This document shows, piece after piece, positions 12,667 through 26,419 of a stretch of DNA of 64,000 bases. The stretch comes from Eledone cirrhosa (Eukaryota). Numbering within the stretch: position 1 is the first letter of the stretch; every line of letters starts with the position of its first letter. The position numbers and the translations under genes were made by a program. The notes below the pieces were generated by a model. It made no database searches and was not told where the DNA came from. It worked only from the letters and a program-made list of their open reading frames with translations. Location: assembly GCA_964016885.1 (NCBI GenBank), contig OZ024748.1, positions 22,568,001 to 22,632,000 on the forward strand. The letters run 5' to 3'.

Positions 12667-12674
12667 CATATATT

Positions 12675-12733
<59 letters not shown>

Positions 12734-12791
12734 ATATATATATATGTGTGTGTGTGTGTATATATAGATAGATAGATAAATAGATAGGCCG

Positions 12792-12823
<32 letters not shown>

Positions 12824-12832
12824 GTATAAATG

Positions 12833-12863
<31 letters not shown>

Positions 12864-13048
12864 ATACATATATATGTGTGCGTGTGTGTGTATATATATA
12901 TTTATTTATTTATATATATATATACATATACATATATATATACACACACATATCCTACATACATACATACATACATATATACATGCATACAGACTTATAG
13001 ATATACTTATATACACGTGTGTGTGTGTGTGCGCGTGTGTGTGTGTGT

Positions 13049-13084
<36 letters not shown>

Positions 13085-13239
13085 CTGTGTGTGTGTGTGT
13101 ACATACTGACAGATGTAAAGAGAAAGTGAGGTATGTATTTATTTCAATGCATATATTATGTTTGTCTTTTTTCAGTACTTATAACTAAATGTTTACTAAC
13201 AAACGATAATAATCGTAAACGTATATAAACATGCAAAAT

Positions 13240-14410
13240 TGTATGTATATAGCCTATGTCATAATGTATGTATATAGCCTATGTCATAATGTATGTATAT
13301 AGTCTATGTCATAATGTATGTATATAGCTATGTCATAATGTATGTATATAGCTATGTCATAATGTATGTTTATAGTCCATGTCATAATGTATGTATATAG
13401 TCTATGTCATAATGTATGTATATAGTCTATGTCATAATGTATGTATATAGCTATGTCATAATGTATGTATATAGCCTATGTCATAATGTATGTATATAGC
13501 TATGTCATAATGTATGTATATAGCTATGTCATAATGTATGTATATAGTCTATGTCATAATGTATGTATATAGCTATGTCATAATGTATGTATATAGCCTA
13601 TGTCATAATGTATGTATATAGTCTATGACATAATGTATGTATATAGCTATGTCATAATGTATGTATATAGCTATGTCATAATGTATGTATATAGTCTATG
13701 TCATAATGTATGTATATAGCTATGTCATAATGTATGTATATAGCCTATGTCATAATGTATGTATATAGCCTATGTCATAATGTATGTATATAGTCTATGT
13801 CATAATGTATGTATATAGCTATGTCATAATGTATGTATATAGCTATGTCATAATGTATGTATATAGCCTATGTCATAATGTATGTATATAGCCTATGTCA
13901 TAATGTATGTATATAGCCTATGTCATAATGTATGTATATAGCCTATGTCATAATGTATGTATATAGTCTATGTCATAATGTATGTATATAGCCTATGTCA
14001 TAATGTATGTATATAGCCTATGTCATAATGTATGTATATAGCCTATGTCATAATGTATGTATATAGCCTATGTCATAATGTATGTATATAGCTATGTCAT
14101 AATGTATGTATATAGCTATGTCATAATGTATGTATATAGCCTATGTCATAATGTATGTATATAGTCTATGTCATAATGTATGTATATAGCCTATGTCATA
14201 ATGTATGTATATAGCTATGTCATAATGTATGTTTATAGTCCATGTCATAAATATATGTATATAGCTATGTCATAATGTATGTATATAGCCTATGTCATAA
14301 TGTATGTATATAGTCTATGTCATAATGTATGTATATAGTCCATGTCATAATGTATGTATATAGCTATGTCATAATGTATGTTTATAGTCCATGTCATAAA
14401 TATATGTATA
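13240..14410. repeat. 24-25 bp minisatellite (atgtatgtatatagcctatgtcata), roughly 47 copies
   Basis: Directly visible; variants gcct/gtct/gct/gtcc. Confidence 0.95.
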
Positions 14411-14439
14411 TGTATACATGTGTCGCGGCGTGAGTGAAA

Positions 14440-15095
14440 TTTGCTAAAAGGGAGTTGTGCAGAAGCTGGTAATGAATGACTGCACCAGCTCCTGCAATTC
14501 TTCTATTTAGTTCAACCTTCTGCCTTTCATCACACTTGAAAATAGACCTGAACTCTTAGAATTCGCCACTTGCTTCAGTGCAACTCTACCTACATACATG
14601 TAAAGCCCACTGTGCAGACGTTCGTGATAGGACGAGTGTCTCAGTCTTCGCAGCACTGATTTTCATTCTTCTCGTGCAACATTCGGCAGCGTAATTACCC
14701 AGAGCGTGTTGGAAATCATCTTCTGATGAGTTAAATAGTACCGTGTTGATTACAAATTCCAGAGGACAGCTCTTAAACCCACGGATCTTGATACCTCTTC
14801 CAATCCGGTTGCGCATGTCAATCATATTCATGAAAATTATGAATAGGGATGGACTATAATAGGACGCGCTCTAGGTGAATTCTGATTCCCACATTGAACG
14901 GTTTCGACTTAGTACCATTTATCCGAACACAAATAATAAGGTATTCCTATCGGGACTTTAAGGCACCTATATGCTGTCCGTCGATCCCATGCTCTTGCAG
15001 AACCTTTTACAACAAGTCTCGTAGAACACGGTCATATGCGTGTTCGGGGTCGACGAAACATGAATTCATCTCTTGGCAATATTCCCATACTGTTC
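14440..15095 (-). pseudogene. Degenerate RTE-clade LINE reverse-transcriptase fragment
   Basis: Translations WEYCQEMNSCFVDPEHAYDRVLRDLL*KVLQEHGIDG, VRINGTKSKPFNVG, FQHALGNYAAECCTRRMKISAAKTETLVL and ELNRRIAGAG resemble RTE/Expander RT; stops and frameshifts. Confidence 0.8.
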
Positions 15096-17413
15096 GTCAG
15101 CTAGCTTAGGCTCGACAATATCCCTACATCGTTTTGGTGATGGTTAGCAATACGGCTTCCAGATATGATGGTTAGTTGCGATATAAGTGGGCTCCTGATT
15201 GACGAACCATCAACTCCAAACAGTGGTAAGATACTGGGAGAGGTGAAGCAATATGTGACATTGTTAACCCCCAAGAAAACTCTTAAAACCCAGCTATGTA
15301 GTAATGACTGGGCGAGTAAGGCCACATCTAAGAAAGCCAAGAATTCGCGGGCTGAAGAACATTACCAGATGATGACCGATACGAATAAGACCAGCAAAAT
15401 CTACAGTATGGTCCATTCTCGACAGAACTATTCTGCTAAAGAACAGGTTGCAGCTGGCTAGCCGACAAACAACGCCAAAGAAATAATCAACTTTTGGTCG
15501 ATCAATCTATATATAAATTTCTGCGATTCTGTCACAACATGTAAAGAGAGAGGAGTAGTTTGACTACCTCATACTACTCCTCTCTTTTTACGTCTGCTGC
15601 CTGCGTGAATGTATGTGTGTAAAGAAGGAAGGAATGGGTGGTGAAAAAACTACGCTGTGTGTGTGTGTGTGTGTATGTGTACGTATGTGTTTGTGTGACT
15701 GTATGCGTGTGTTTGTGTGAATGTGTGTGTTTGTTTGTGTGAAAGCACGTGTATTTGTGTGAATATATGTCCCTGAGTGTGTATTTTTGTAAGCGTGTCT
15801 GAGTTTGCACGTTTATATTTATATACTCATACATATAAATGTATGCATATGCACATAGACACACACACACTCACATATACACATACGCGTCAACGTATGG
15901 AAAAACATAGTACTAAACACAGTACTAAAAACTATTCTGAAGTCATTTCGATCAATATCTGACTTACAATGAATCGGGGTGGTTTCTTTTAAAGTTTGAT
16001 TTAATGACCATTAAATATCATTTTATATAGAAATGTCGGACTTTAATAGCTCAGACACCAACAGACAAAACAATAAATTAGTAGGAAATATATAGATATA
16101 TATAATACTTATAATACTGCCAATTATATATGTATATAAACGGGTGCGTGTGTTTTTATTGGCAGCATGACCCTCCCAAAGTATAACAATATATATATAT
16201 ATATCTGTGTGTGTGCGCGTGTGTGTGTGTGTACATGTGTATGTGTGTGTGTGTTGACGGAGAATCTTGAGTTCAGTTTATTATCTCGGAAGATGTTAGC
16301 GTAGCTGTGCAATCCTGCATAGCTTTTCATCTCTCTCTGCATGATTGTACACATATATGATTGTCTATGTGTATGTGTGTGTATTTGAATGTGCGTAGAC
16401 AGATGATAGGCATGCTTTACTCGCCGCATTCACAAACGCATCTTCGCGTAAAAAGCGAATACACTATATATGTATATGTATATATATATATATGTGCGTG
16501 TGTGTGTGTATTTATAAATAAGAGGAAAGCAGAACGGGGGATAATTACCCTTTCATCAGTTGTCTGCTGGAGATCATGACATTTCTATGCCTTAAAGACA
16601 ATATGTCTAGCTCCAGTGCGTCAATAACGAAAGGAAGTTATTAGGGGAAAAAAGGAGATAGAGAAAAAATATAACAGAAGTGAAAAGGGAAGAAAAAAAG
16701 GAAAAAAAAACGAAAAAACATACCGAAGAGGAAAACACGAAAGCACATGTATGTGAGCAACCGAAGAGAGAGAAAAGGTTAAAATCAACATCAGCTACTG
16801 GACTTAAGACCGAGACTGTGTGGACGTGAAAAAACACGTCTGACCTCCGCAAAAGAAGATGAAAAAGAGACAGGCGAGAGAAACAACGGAAGCAGTGGAG
16901 TAGCTAGCAGAGAGAGAGGGAAAGTAAAAGTGAGAGGAAGAAAGGGAGAGAAAGAAAGAAAGGGGAAGAGTTGATAGCAACAAAGTATATAGGGAGAAAG
17001 AGAGAACAGGTGACAGCAAAACTTGATAAAACAATTTTGAAGAAACAGGGGCTGTGTGGTTGTTGTATAAAAAGTATTTATAAATAAGAATATATACAGT
17101 GTATAAAAAGTATTTATAAATAAGAATATATACAGCTTTTTACGCGAAGATGCGTTCGTGAACTCGGCGCGTAAATCAAATTCGCGTAATTTAAGTCTAA
17201 TAATAATTCAATACAGCACCCAGGTAGAGACTTGTCAGTGGGGTTAGAGAGAGAGAGAAACAATTGAATAAAAATGCACAACTAATATATACTATATTAT
17301 TATTTCTGATGATTTTCTTTGTCAATTCTAATATTACATTATATTTCTGATAAAAACATTAAAAACCACACGCGTTGTAGCGCGTTATTCGTGCAAAGAA
17401 AATATTTAATAAC

Positions 17414-17595
17414 GTTTCTACTTTTTGGCGCAAGGCCAGTAATTACCCCAGTGCATTACTGGTGTTTTATTTTATCGACCCCGCAAGGATGAAAGGCAAA
17501 GTTAACCTCGGCGGGATTTGAACTCAGAACGTGACGGGCCATAACTATGCTGAAAAGCATGGTGCCTGACGCTCTAACGATACTGCCAATCCACC
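17414..17595 (-). mobile_element. tRNA-derived SINE, same family as 2502-2688
   Basis: High similarity to 2502-2688, including A and B boxes. Confidence 0.85.
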
Positions 17596-17635
17596 AAGAG
17601 CCGTTAAAGCGAATTCGCGTACATACATACATACA

Positions 17636-18252
17636 TGGTGGTGTGGTGGCTGCCAACTCGTTTTCGAGTACGGCCATTACTTTATATCCATGTAGGAGAA
17701 CCCCTACTGATGCGCTGAACGAGTGTGACTTTTTAGTCCAGCCAGCGACTTGAAAACTCTGGTACAAACACTACACCTGTGACAATTATTGACACATAGT
17801 GCTGGGCCCATGGTACCATGTGACGACAAGTGCAGAGAGATCTCCAGATATAAAGCAATGCCTGTGCCGTGAAGCTTTTATAGTGAGCAAAGGCACTGCA
17901 CAAAGCCAGTCCCACTCTCTTAACCAAGATGATATTTACCAAAAAGAAGAACAAGTCAACATCATTGGATACCATCAGGGTTGCAGGTGTTATATCAGAG
18001 TTTTCCTTCTCCTAGAATTCTGCCTTGACAAAGGCTAAGGGGTCATCTCTCCCGGTGATTTTGGATGGCTATTGATTCTTAAGAGCCCCTTTGCCTTTTG
18101 ACAGGTTTTGTTTTTAGTCCTGCAGGATGTCCAAAGTCACCCTCCTCACCAAGAAACCTTGGTGGGGTTGCCAGTTTAGTCGCCAACGACCCGACCATGA
18201 GACAGGTTGTACTGGGATACATGTTACCAGTAGCACCAACTGGTGACCTGAC
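17636..18252 (-). mobile_element. (CATA)n-flanked non-autonomous repeat, possibly RTE-associated
   Basis: (TACA)n on both sides; blocks ggctgcc..ctcgtt..cgagta.ggccatt, aatgcctgtgc.gtgaag, cccactctctta and gagtt..ccttctccta are shared with 57317-57581. The RTE link is inference. Confidence 0.55.
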
Positions 18253-18771
18253 ATGCATACATACATACATACATACATACATACATACATACATACATAC
18301 ATACATACATACATACAGATCCATGGTACGCCACCCATTGCCACAAACATACTATCGTCAACACTTTGTCCGATTTCTATAATTTCGCTGGTGACTAATT
18401 AGGCCAGCGTTGGAAATACATACACGACAACAAAACTCGCAAGCCTAGTTTACCCAATCTACTTCTCAAATTCTGTGTTTTCACTCGCTTAAGTTCTGTG
18501 GGAGAAATGCGTGTGGTTTTTTTTTTAGAGGGGTGGGCAAATAATCTATACTTTTCTTTACCCATTTTCGTTATTGGTTGCAATTAAAAACCACCCCTTA
18601 CACTCTTACCCCCACTCACTCCCACCCACCCCGTTATATATTTAGGTCAGTCGATCGGGTTAGCTGATGTGAGGGCTAACTGGAGCTGTTTCTTACATTC
18701 TTTCAATATGCTTCTGCTATCATATTTGTCTTTTGTGTCTTATCAATTTTTCTGATCTTTTTCACACTTAC

Positions 18772-19657
18772 CTTCTGTCAGCCAAACTTCCGCTCCTAAC
18801 AAGGAAAATAAGTTGAAAACGAAACAGCAATAAAAAGAAATAGCTGAATTTCAGCACATTTCATACATACCTTGAAGATGTGTCCTAAAAAGCAGCACAA
18901 CTTTTGATGTGTTAAGCCATATACACAGATAGATGCAAGAATGCATTCCTAGAATTTCCCCATTTCCTTTGATGTAGTTTCCAGGTAATAGGAATAAATA
19001 AGAATAAAGCTGTAAGGTAAATAAATGCCGTTTACTCTCTCTATATAGCAGCATATTCCGTATATGTTCACACTTTCACACACGTACATACAAGGCTAGA
19101 AGAAGAATCAGGCACGCGCATGTACACACCATACACACTGTGAACGCCGTACACACATATACACTCATAAATAGAGCAGATATTTGGTATCTAACCTCTA
19201 TGAAGCTTTAGGCCATTCCGAGTCATACCAAACAGCCACTCGCTTAAAATAAATACAAGTGTTTAAGAACCACAATGTTTACATTTTCTTATGTGGTGGT
19301 GCTAACATCTCATAATCTTAACAAACAATCTGTGATCTACTAACATAGGTCAATTTCATCGAACATAATTATATGATTTTTATCAAAGTAACTAACAGAA
19401 ACCAGTTATTGAGGGCGATTGTAGCCTGACGGAGTTCGTCCTCTTAATACCAGTAGAGAGGAATGGTTTCAATGTTAATTTTATGTTATTGTCTTTCTTT
19501 GGGATGTTATAATTTTTTATTATAATAATTTCTCTTACCTGTGTCACAGTTGACATACCCGAATCAGATGACCTTTGTCTATTTTGGACATTGTGCTAGT
19601 GATAGTGGTAGTGGTAGTGGTAGTGGAGGTGACAGTGGTAATTCCACCATACACTAC
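18772..19657 (-). other. Candidate spliced exons 19657-19539, 19009-18871 and 18795-18772 (unknown short peptide or lncRNA)
   Basis: Consensus sites cgttcag|..CAG|gtaaga, cttacag|..AAG|gtatgt and ttccttgttag|..AAG|gtaagt. The joined frame stays open (MSTVTQ-LYSY..THLQ-GAEVWLTE). No recognisable homology. Confidence 0.35.
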
Positions 19658-19684
19658 CTGAACGATAAGACAGTAAGCATGCAC

Positions 19685-19900
19685 ATACACGTGCACCAGG
19701 TCCGAACACAGAGGAGCCGAACTCCCACTGTCATCGCCTCCATCTCTCTCTCCCTCTCCATTTCTCACTATTATGAGCAATTTGGGTCCCACGCGCTGGC
19801 TGCCTCACGGCCCCGGCGGACAGAATAGAGAAGGCATTTCCCCAGAGGATGGTGAGGGAGATGCGCTGCAAGAGCCATTCCATCTCGCGAGGCTCGTCAG
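19685..19900 (-). mobile_element. 3' fragment of a CRE-like (RLE) non-LTR retrotransposon containing a single copy of the 78-bp satellite monomer
   Basis: Minus strand reads DEPREMEWLLQRISLTILWGNAFSILSAG...RWRR*, matching the QRIS..I.RGNA C-terminal motif of CRE-type RLE domains; 19690-19770 aligns to the satellite unit. Confidence 0.75.
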
Positions 19901-19956
19901 CTCAGCGCCTATGGTAGTAAGTAGGGAGGTGGTCTGGTTATGAGTTTACATTTTAC

Positions 19957-20315
19957 CAACCAACTAACCACCCAACAAGTCACCTAACTAGCCAACTAAC
20001 CACCCAACAAGTCACCTAACTAGCCAACTAACCACCCAACAAGTCACCTAACTAGCCAACTAACCACCAAACCAGCTAGTCAGCTAAACAACCAGCCAGC
20101 CAGTCAGACAACCTGCCAACTAACCACCCAACCAACTAGTCAGACAAACAACCAACCAGTCAACTAGCCATCTAACCAGCCAACCAACCATCCAACCAAC
20201 CATCCAACCAGCCATCCAACCAGCCATCCAACGAGCCATCTAACCAGCCAACAGCCATCCAACCAGCCAAATAACCACCCAACCAACTTGTCAGACAAAC
20301 AACCAACCAGCCATC
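19957..20315. repeat. 32-bp tandem repeat (x3) grading into degenerate (CCAA/CCAG/CCAT)n
   Basis: caactaaccacccaacaagtcacctaactagc repeated three times. Confidence 0.85.
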
Positions 20316-20361
20316 CACTGGAGTAGACGAAGAACAGAGAGTGGGAGAGAGAGAGAGATAG

Positions 20362-20446
<85 letters not shown>

Positions 20447-20481
20447 GTGAGAGGGAGAGAGAAAGTAAGAAAGATAGATAA

Positions 20482-20546
<65 letters not shown>

Positions 20547-21236
20547 CATCGAGACTAACCAGACCATATAATGGGATTTATCGCCAAACATCGTGAGAAT
20601 AGCAAAGTTAAAAGGTGGAAATATGAAAGGTACTCACTGGGAACAATTCAATTTGGGAAAATTATTGGAAGTTCATAAAAGCAATTACTATTTTCTGTTA
20701 TGGTGCTTTCTTCATTGATTTCCTTGGTAATTGATTTGACTGTTTTTGTTTTGTTTTTGCTTTGTTATCATTATTTTTTTTTTTTTTTTCCTTGTTTAAC
20801 TCAATATAATCAAAAAGCACGGACGTGAGCGTTCATGATAGATAGAGCTTCATTCTTTAGACAGCTATAATACTTTTAAATTTATGTTATGATGTTTGTG
20901 AAGTGGTTTGTTTCATATAGCTGCTATTTATTACTACTAATTCTAAGTTATGAGGCAGCAGATCGTAACGATGTGACGATACTTTCAATTTGTGTGAACT
21001 GCTCAACTGTGAAACAGCATCTGGTGCGAAACTCTCCGCCATCAGTGTGGAACTGAGTAAGAAAGAAAGGAAAGAAAGCTTGCGATGGAGTGGGGAACGG
21101 ACATTTTTAGCCATTTTCATCCATTTTTATCCATTCGACTTCACAAACATCTAACCGCGGCAAACAATATTAAACAACTTGCAAGGCCAAAGCGAAATGA
21201 AGCACATATATACACATAGCTCGTATATATGCATAT

Positions 21237-21310
<74 letters not shown>

Positions 21311-21389
21311 CCACCTTTAAAAGGATGGGTTCATTGACATATATGGTACAGTACATGCCCTATAAACACGAGATGTGTGTTCGAGCCCC

Positions 21390-21453
<64 letters not shown>

Positions 21454-22028
21454 ATATACGGTATTTATAATAAACATACAGTATATCTTTAGATATACGA
21501 AATTCACATACATATATGTGTATAGCCATGACGAAGCTAAATTCTAATTTTACTTTTAAGTTGAGCCAACTTATACAGCTTCAACTGCAAATGAGGCTAA
21601 TCAGCTCACTTACGCAGGCGAAAATACTTTGTACTTTCGCCTGTTTTTAAGTTCCAGCAGAGAGGAGGGAAGCACTGTCCCGGTGAATTCCTCTGCAGAG
21701 AATCTTGCGATGGTTATGGTGAGTATTATCCTAGAGCTCTTTGTGGAACCGTGGCTTAGCTTGTGGTATAGAGAATAAGTTACTGATGTAACATGGGAAA
21801 TAGCTAGCGTTAATGATAGGTTTTTACTAATACCGCGTCGGCGTATAATTGTGATGCCGCTTTGATGGTGTTTCGTATTAGACGCGCAGTCATTGTAAAT
21901 GCAGTTGCTGTAGTAACGCGGTAATTTCCAGTTATAAATAGTATAATTGCGTATAAGCGGTTGTATTTACATATATATATCCTCCCACAAATATATTTCT
22001 GTCGTGCATGTCTACATGCGCGTGTATT

Positions 22029-22061
<33 letters not shown>

Positions 22062-22087
22062 ATATCTATGTATTTATCTCTATATCC

Positions 22088-22206
<119 letters not shown>

Positions 22207-22599
22207 TACACGTACGTACGTATGTATGTTGGTATGTATGTATGTATGTATGTATGCACAGACAGATACACGCGCACAAATTTCGTTGTAATTGCAAAAG
22301 AAAATGACTTCCTCCCATGTCGCTGTTCCACTTCCGGTGACGTAATCCACCCACAAAAAGCTATCATTTGTTCAGTTTCAGATGTTTTTTTTTTGTTTTT
22401 TTGTTCACTATTAAGCTATCAGTTATAGATACTTATGTCCGGAAAAATCAAAGTATATAAAACTTCCGACAGCTAGACGCCATTGTGGTCAGCGACTGGC
22501 CACCAGCTGTGTCACTGATTTAGCCAACTGAACCGTTTCTCTAAATATATACACACCTACACATTACTATATACACACCCATATATATATATATATGTG

Positions 22600-22748
<149 letters not shown>

Positions 22749-22776
22749 CATATATATATAATCGCGTGGGTGTGTG

Positions 22777-22821
<45 letters not shown>

Positions 22822-22884
22822 GTTGCCAATAAGAAACACACGCACCAGTTGCTTTCACTTCAATTTATTAGGAATTTATAAATT

Positions 22885-22997
<113 letters not shown>

Positions 22998-23034
22998 TAT
23001 TATACATATATATATAATCGCGTGGGTGTGTGTG

Positions 23035-23076
<42 letters not shown>

Positions 23077-23077
<1 letters not shown>

Positions 23078-23490
23078 GTTGCCAATAAGAAACACACGCA
23101 CCAGTTGCTTTCACTTCAATTTATTAGGAATTTATAAATTTCCTGTTGGTTGGTTGGTTGGTTCCACAACCAGACGATTGTTCATATATTGTCAAAGTTC
23201 TTTCGTCACACTTTCTGTGACCTCTTCAGTGACTTGGGATTTTTTTCTTTGTTTTTGTGTCTCTCCTTTGTTCTGTCCTACGCCATCTTGTTTTTGTGTG
23301 TGTTGTGTGCTTAGTTTGCGCATGTGTTACATCCGGGTGCCTGTGTGTGTTTATATTTGTTTATTTATTTGTTTATTTACATGTTACTGGTTGGTTGTTT
23401 GTTCTATGTGTGTGTGTGTTTTCATTTTGTCCTTAATTGTAAGTTGTGATGTTGCTATTCCATTCATGCTTTCTATTTAATTTTGGTTGG
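23077..23490 (-). mobile_element. Penelope-type pLTR fragment, same family as the 61358-61950 fold-back
   Basis: Aligns with 61436-61655; (AT)n flanks; partial copies at 22818-22888 and ~16140-16190. Confidence 0.7.
23191..23233 (-). ncRNA. Minimal type-I hammerhead-like ribozyme
   Basis: GUCA-CUGAAGA-G-GUCACA gaaag UGUGAC-GAAA-GAACUU-UGAC: stems I and II pair, core boxes intact, stem III minimal. Confidence 0.65.
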
Positions 23491-23564
<74 letters not shown>

Positions 23565-23733
23565 TATATATATATATATATATATATGAATTAAAAAATA
23601 GAGCAAGAAACCAGGACTATCCGTCATCAGTGATCTTCTGCCATCATCGGTATTTCTTCACATTAAAGACCATATATATATATATATATATTTATATACA
23701 TACGTGTATATATATATATATTTATATACATAC

Positions 23734-23799
<66 letters not shown>

Positions 23800-24157
23800 G
23801 TATGTATATATATATATATATACACGTATGTATATAAATATATATATATATATATATATACACGTATGTATATATATATATATATATGGTCTACATATAT
23901 ACATATATACATATATATACGTATGTATATACATATACATTTGTATATACCTATTTATTTATATGTATATAGATTAGTTGGATTATATAATATTTGTATA
24001 TAAAAAAGAAAAGGAAAGATAAAATAATTAAATACCGAAAGTAAGTGAAAGGGGTGGTGGACTCTACACCCTAATCTTGGTGCTACATCTCAATTGCGTT
24101 CCGCGGGGAAAATGGAGAACATACATACATACATACATACATACATACATACATACA

Positions 24158-24184
<27 letters not shown>

Positions 24185-24190
<6 letters not shown>

Positions 24191-24436
24191 GAATGTATAT
24201 AAAGTGTATTTTGCAATACACTGTATGCTTAATTAAAAGCATTTCGAAGACCTTACGCTATTGTTTTAGAGTAGTGACAGTCTCACTTACTTTAATTTTC
24301 AGCATTATTAATTGTTTGCTGACAATTAAAGTAAGTGAGACTGTCACTACTCGAAAACAATAGAGTAAGGTCTTCTAAATGCTTTTAATTAAGCATACAG
24401 TGTATTGCAAAATACACTTTATATACATTCATATAT
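24185..24436. repeat. Fold-back inverted repeat, ~120-bp arms, 12-nt loop, short tail, microsatellite flanks
   Basis: 24185-24304 is the reverse complement of 24317-24436 with few mismatches. Confidence 0.9.
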
Positions 24437-24462
24437 ATATCGCTATTTCAGAGCACCAATTC

Positions 24463-24493
<31 letters not shown>

Positions 24494-24589
24494 TTATGTA
24501 ATAAACAACATAAGGCAATTATTTCATTTACCAGTGGTTTCTTAAAAGCAAACAAATTTTGCTTTCAATCCTATATATATATATAATAG

Positions 24590-25101
24590 GTTACAGTATC
24601 GTAAAAGAGGATAGAAAGAAGAGGTATAAAGAGCTGCGATACAGAATATTACATGCCAAAAGCGGATGCATAAGTGCTCGATGCTTGGGTTATCAGGGTT
24701 AAATATTAGAGAAGGTTAATATTTAGTGTAAGGTTAAGCAGAGCGGTGATAAGCAAAATAATTTATGAAAGAGTTACAAGCCGTTAAAACATATCTTTAT
24801 AAAGCTCTTATTTTGTTTTCCATAGCTGGTACTGGTCGTAACTTACATAGTAAACTTTATACTTGCACCGGTAATTACCTCCCTTAGCAAACTTCACTCC
24901 TTTCATCGTGTTTACACTTTTAACATTTAAATTTACTATGCAAGGTGATGTAAAACTTTTATTTAACCTTTTTAGATCTGTAATAAAAAAAAAACTTTGC
25001 TTGTAATATTAGCCTCAGATGAGGCCCATTGGGCGAAACACGTGTAAGAGCCCTATAAAGATATGTTTTATCGGCTTGTAACTCTTTCATTAATTATTTT
25101 G

Positions 25102-25106
<5 letters not shown>
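24590..25106. mobile_element. (AT)n-flanked Penelope-type element with 62-bp inverted repeats and a degenerate hammerhead
   Basis: IR 24749-24810 / 25045-25106; + strand 25012-25051 gcct-CAGAUGA-ggccc auu gggc-GAAA-cacguGUA-agagc. Confidence 0.65.
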
Positions 25107-25159
<53 letters not shown>

Positions 25160-25235
25160 TCTATATATATATATATGTATATATATGTATATATACATAT
25201 ATATATGTATATATATATACATATATATACATATA

Positions 25236-25307
<72 letters not shown>

Positions 25308-25444
25308 AAAAAGTAAGACCCCAACAGCTAGTCTGGAATTAGCTATTGAAACGGCAAGAGCTCATCCGTTGTGGTCCTGACTCATTCATATATATATAGC
25401 CTCTCTCTCTCTCTCTCTCTTTCTCTTCATATATATATATTATC

Positions 25445-25523
<79 letters not shown>

Positions 25524-26146
25524 AATTCTTCTATCTCTACAGAGAATAAATGAAGATTGGAAGATTAGAAGATTTATAATTTTCTATGAGTGAACGAGAA
25601 AACTCTATTCGAACCATTTCGCAGTCTTTCTAAATTTATTAATTTACAAAATGACTAATGAAATAGGCTTGAAAGAAAGAAAGTGATCTTAACGAAGAAT
25701 AGCAAAGAAATAATAATAAAAATCAATAAAATGGCATGATGAATGCCATAGAAAAAAGTAAAATAAATATAAAAAGGAATTTAAATATTGAGCTGAGAAA
25801 AAAATGAGATTTTGAAATGAATTCTTTGTTAGCCTTGGCGAAATAGACGAGGGAATAAGGAAGAGGGATGCAACAAATGCAACTATTCTTTGGATGGCAA
25901 CATAATCGATATAGCTGTATGGAGGTGGGCAGCTGTGATTGTCAGTTTTGATAAATTGCAGAGGGGTGCCCCAGTATTATTGTTGATAGTAGCCAAAACA
26001 TACACCCAACCCTCTTTTCATGGCACGAAATTGTTAAGGCTTTTGAAATTAATACTTTTAGTATAACACAGATCGATGTTTAGTATGTCTAGCACCCCTT
26101 CCCTCTCCCTCTATCTTTCTTTCTTTCTCTCTCTCTCTCTCTCTGT

Positions 26147-26206
<60 letters not shown>

Positions 26207-26419
26207 ATATTTATATATCATTCTCTCTCTTTCACCCACCCAACAAACACAACCTTATCTAATATTTTTGCTTACTCTCTCCCTCCCTCCATCTCCCTCC
26301 CTCCATCTCTCTCCCTCTCTCTCATTCTCTCTCATTCTCCCTCTCTCCCCATCTCCTCCCCCCCCCCCGCTTTTTTTCTTTCGCGTTGTTTTTCGTTTTC
26401 CTCTTGATGTGTTTGGAAA

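Noticed and set aside
15120-15460. Possible decayed L1-type ORF2 linker fragment
   Set aside because: Only vague similarity; no diagnostic motif is intact.
18130-18252. HDV-like ribozyme at the 5' end of the (CATA)n-flanked element
   Set aside because: A P1-like pairing exists, but P3/L3 and P1.1 could not be built by eye.
20946-21053. Homeodomain-like peptide GEFRTRCCFTVEQFTQIES on minus strand
   Set aside because: Resembles only the N-terminal arm/helix 1, stops soon after, and no WFxNxR helix was found.
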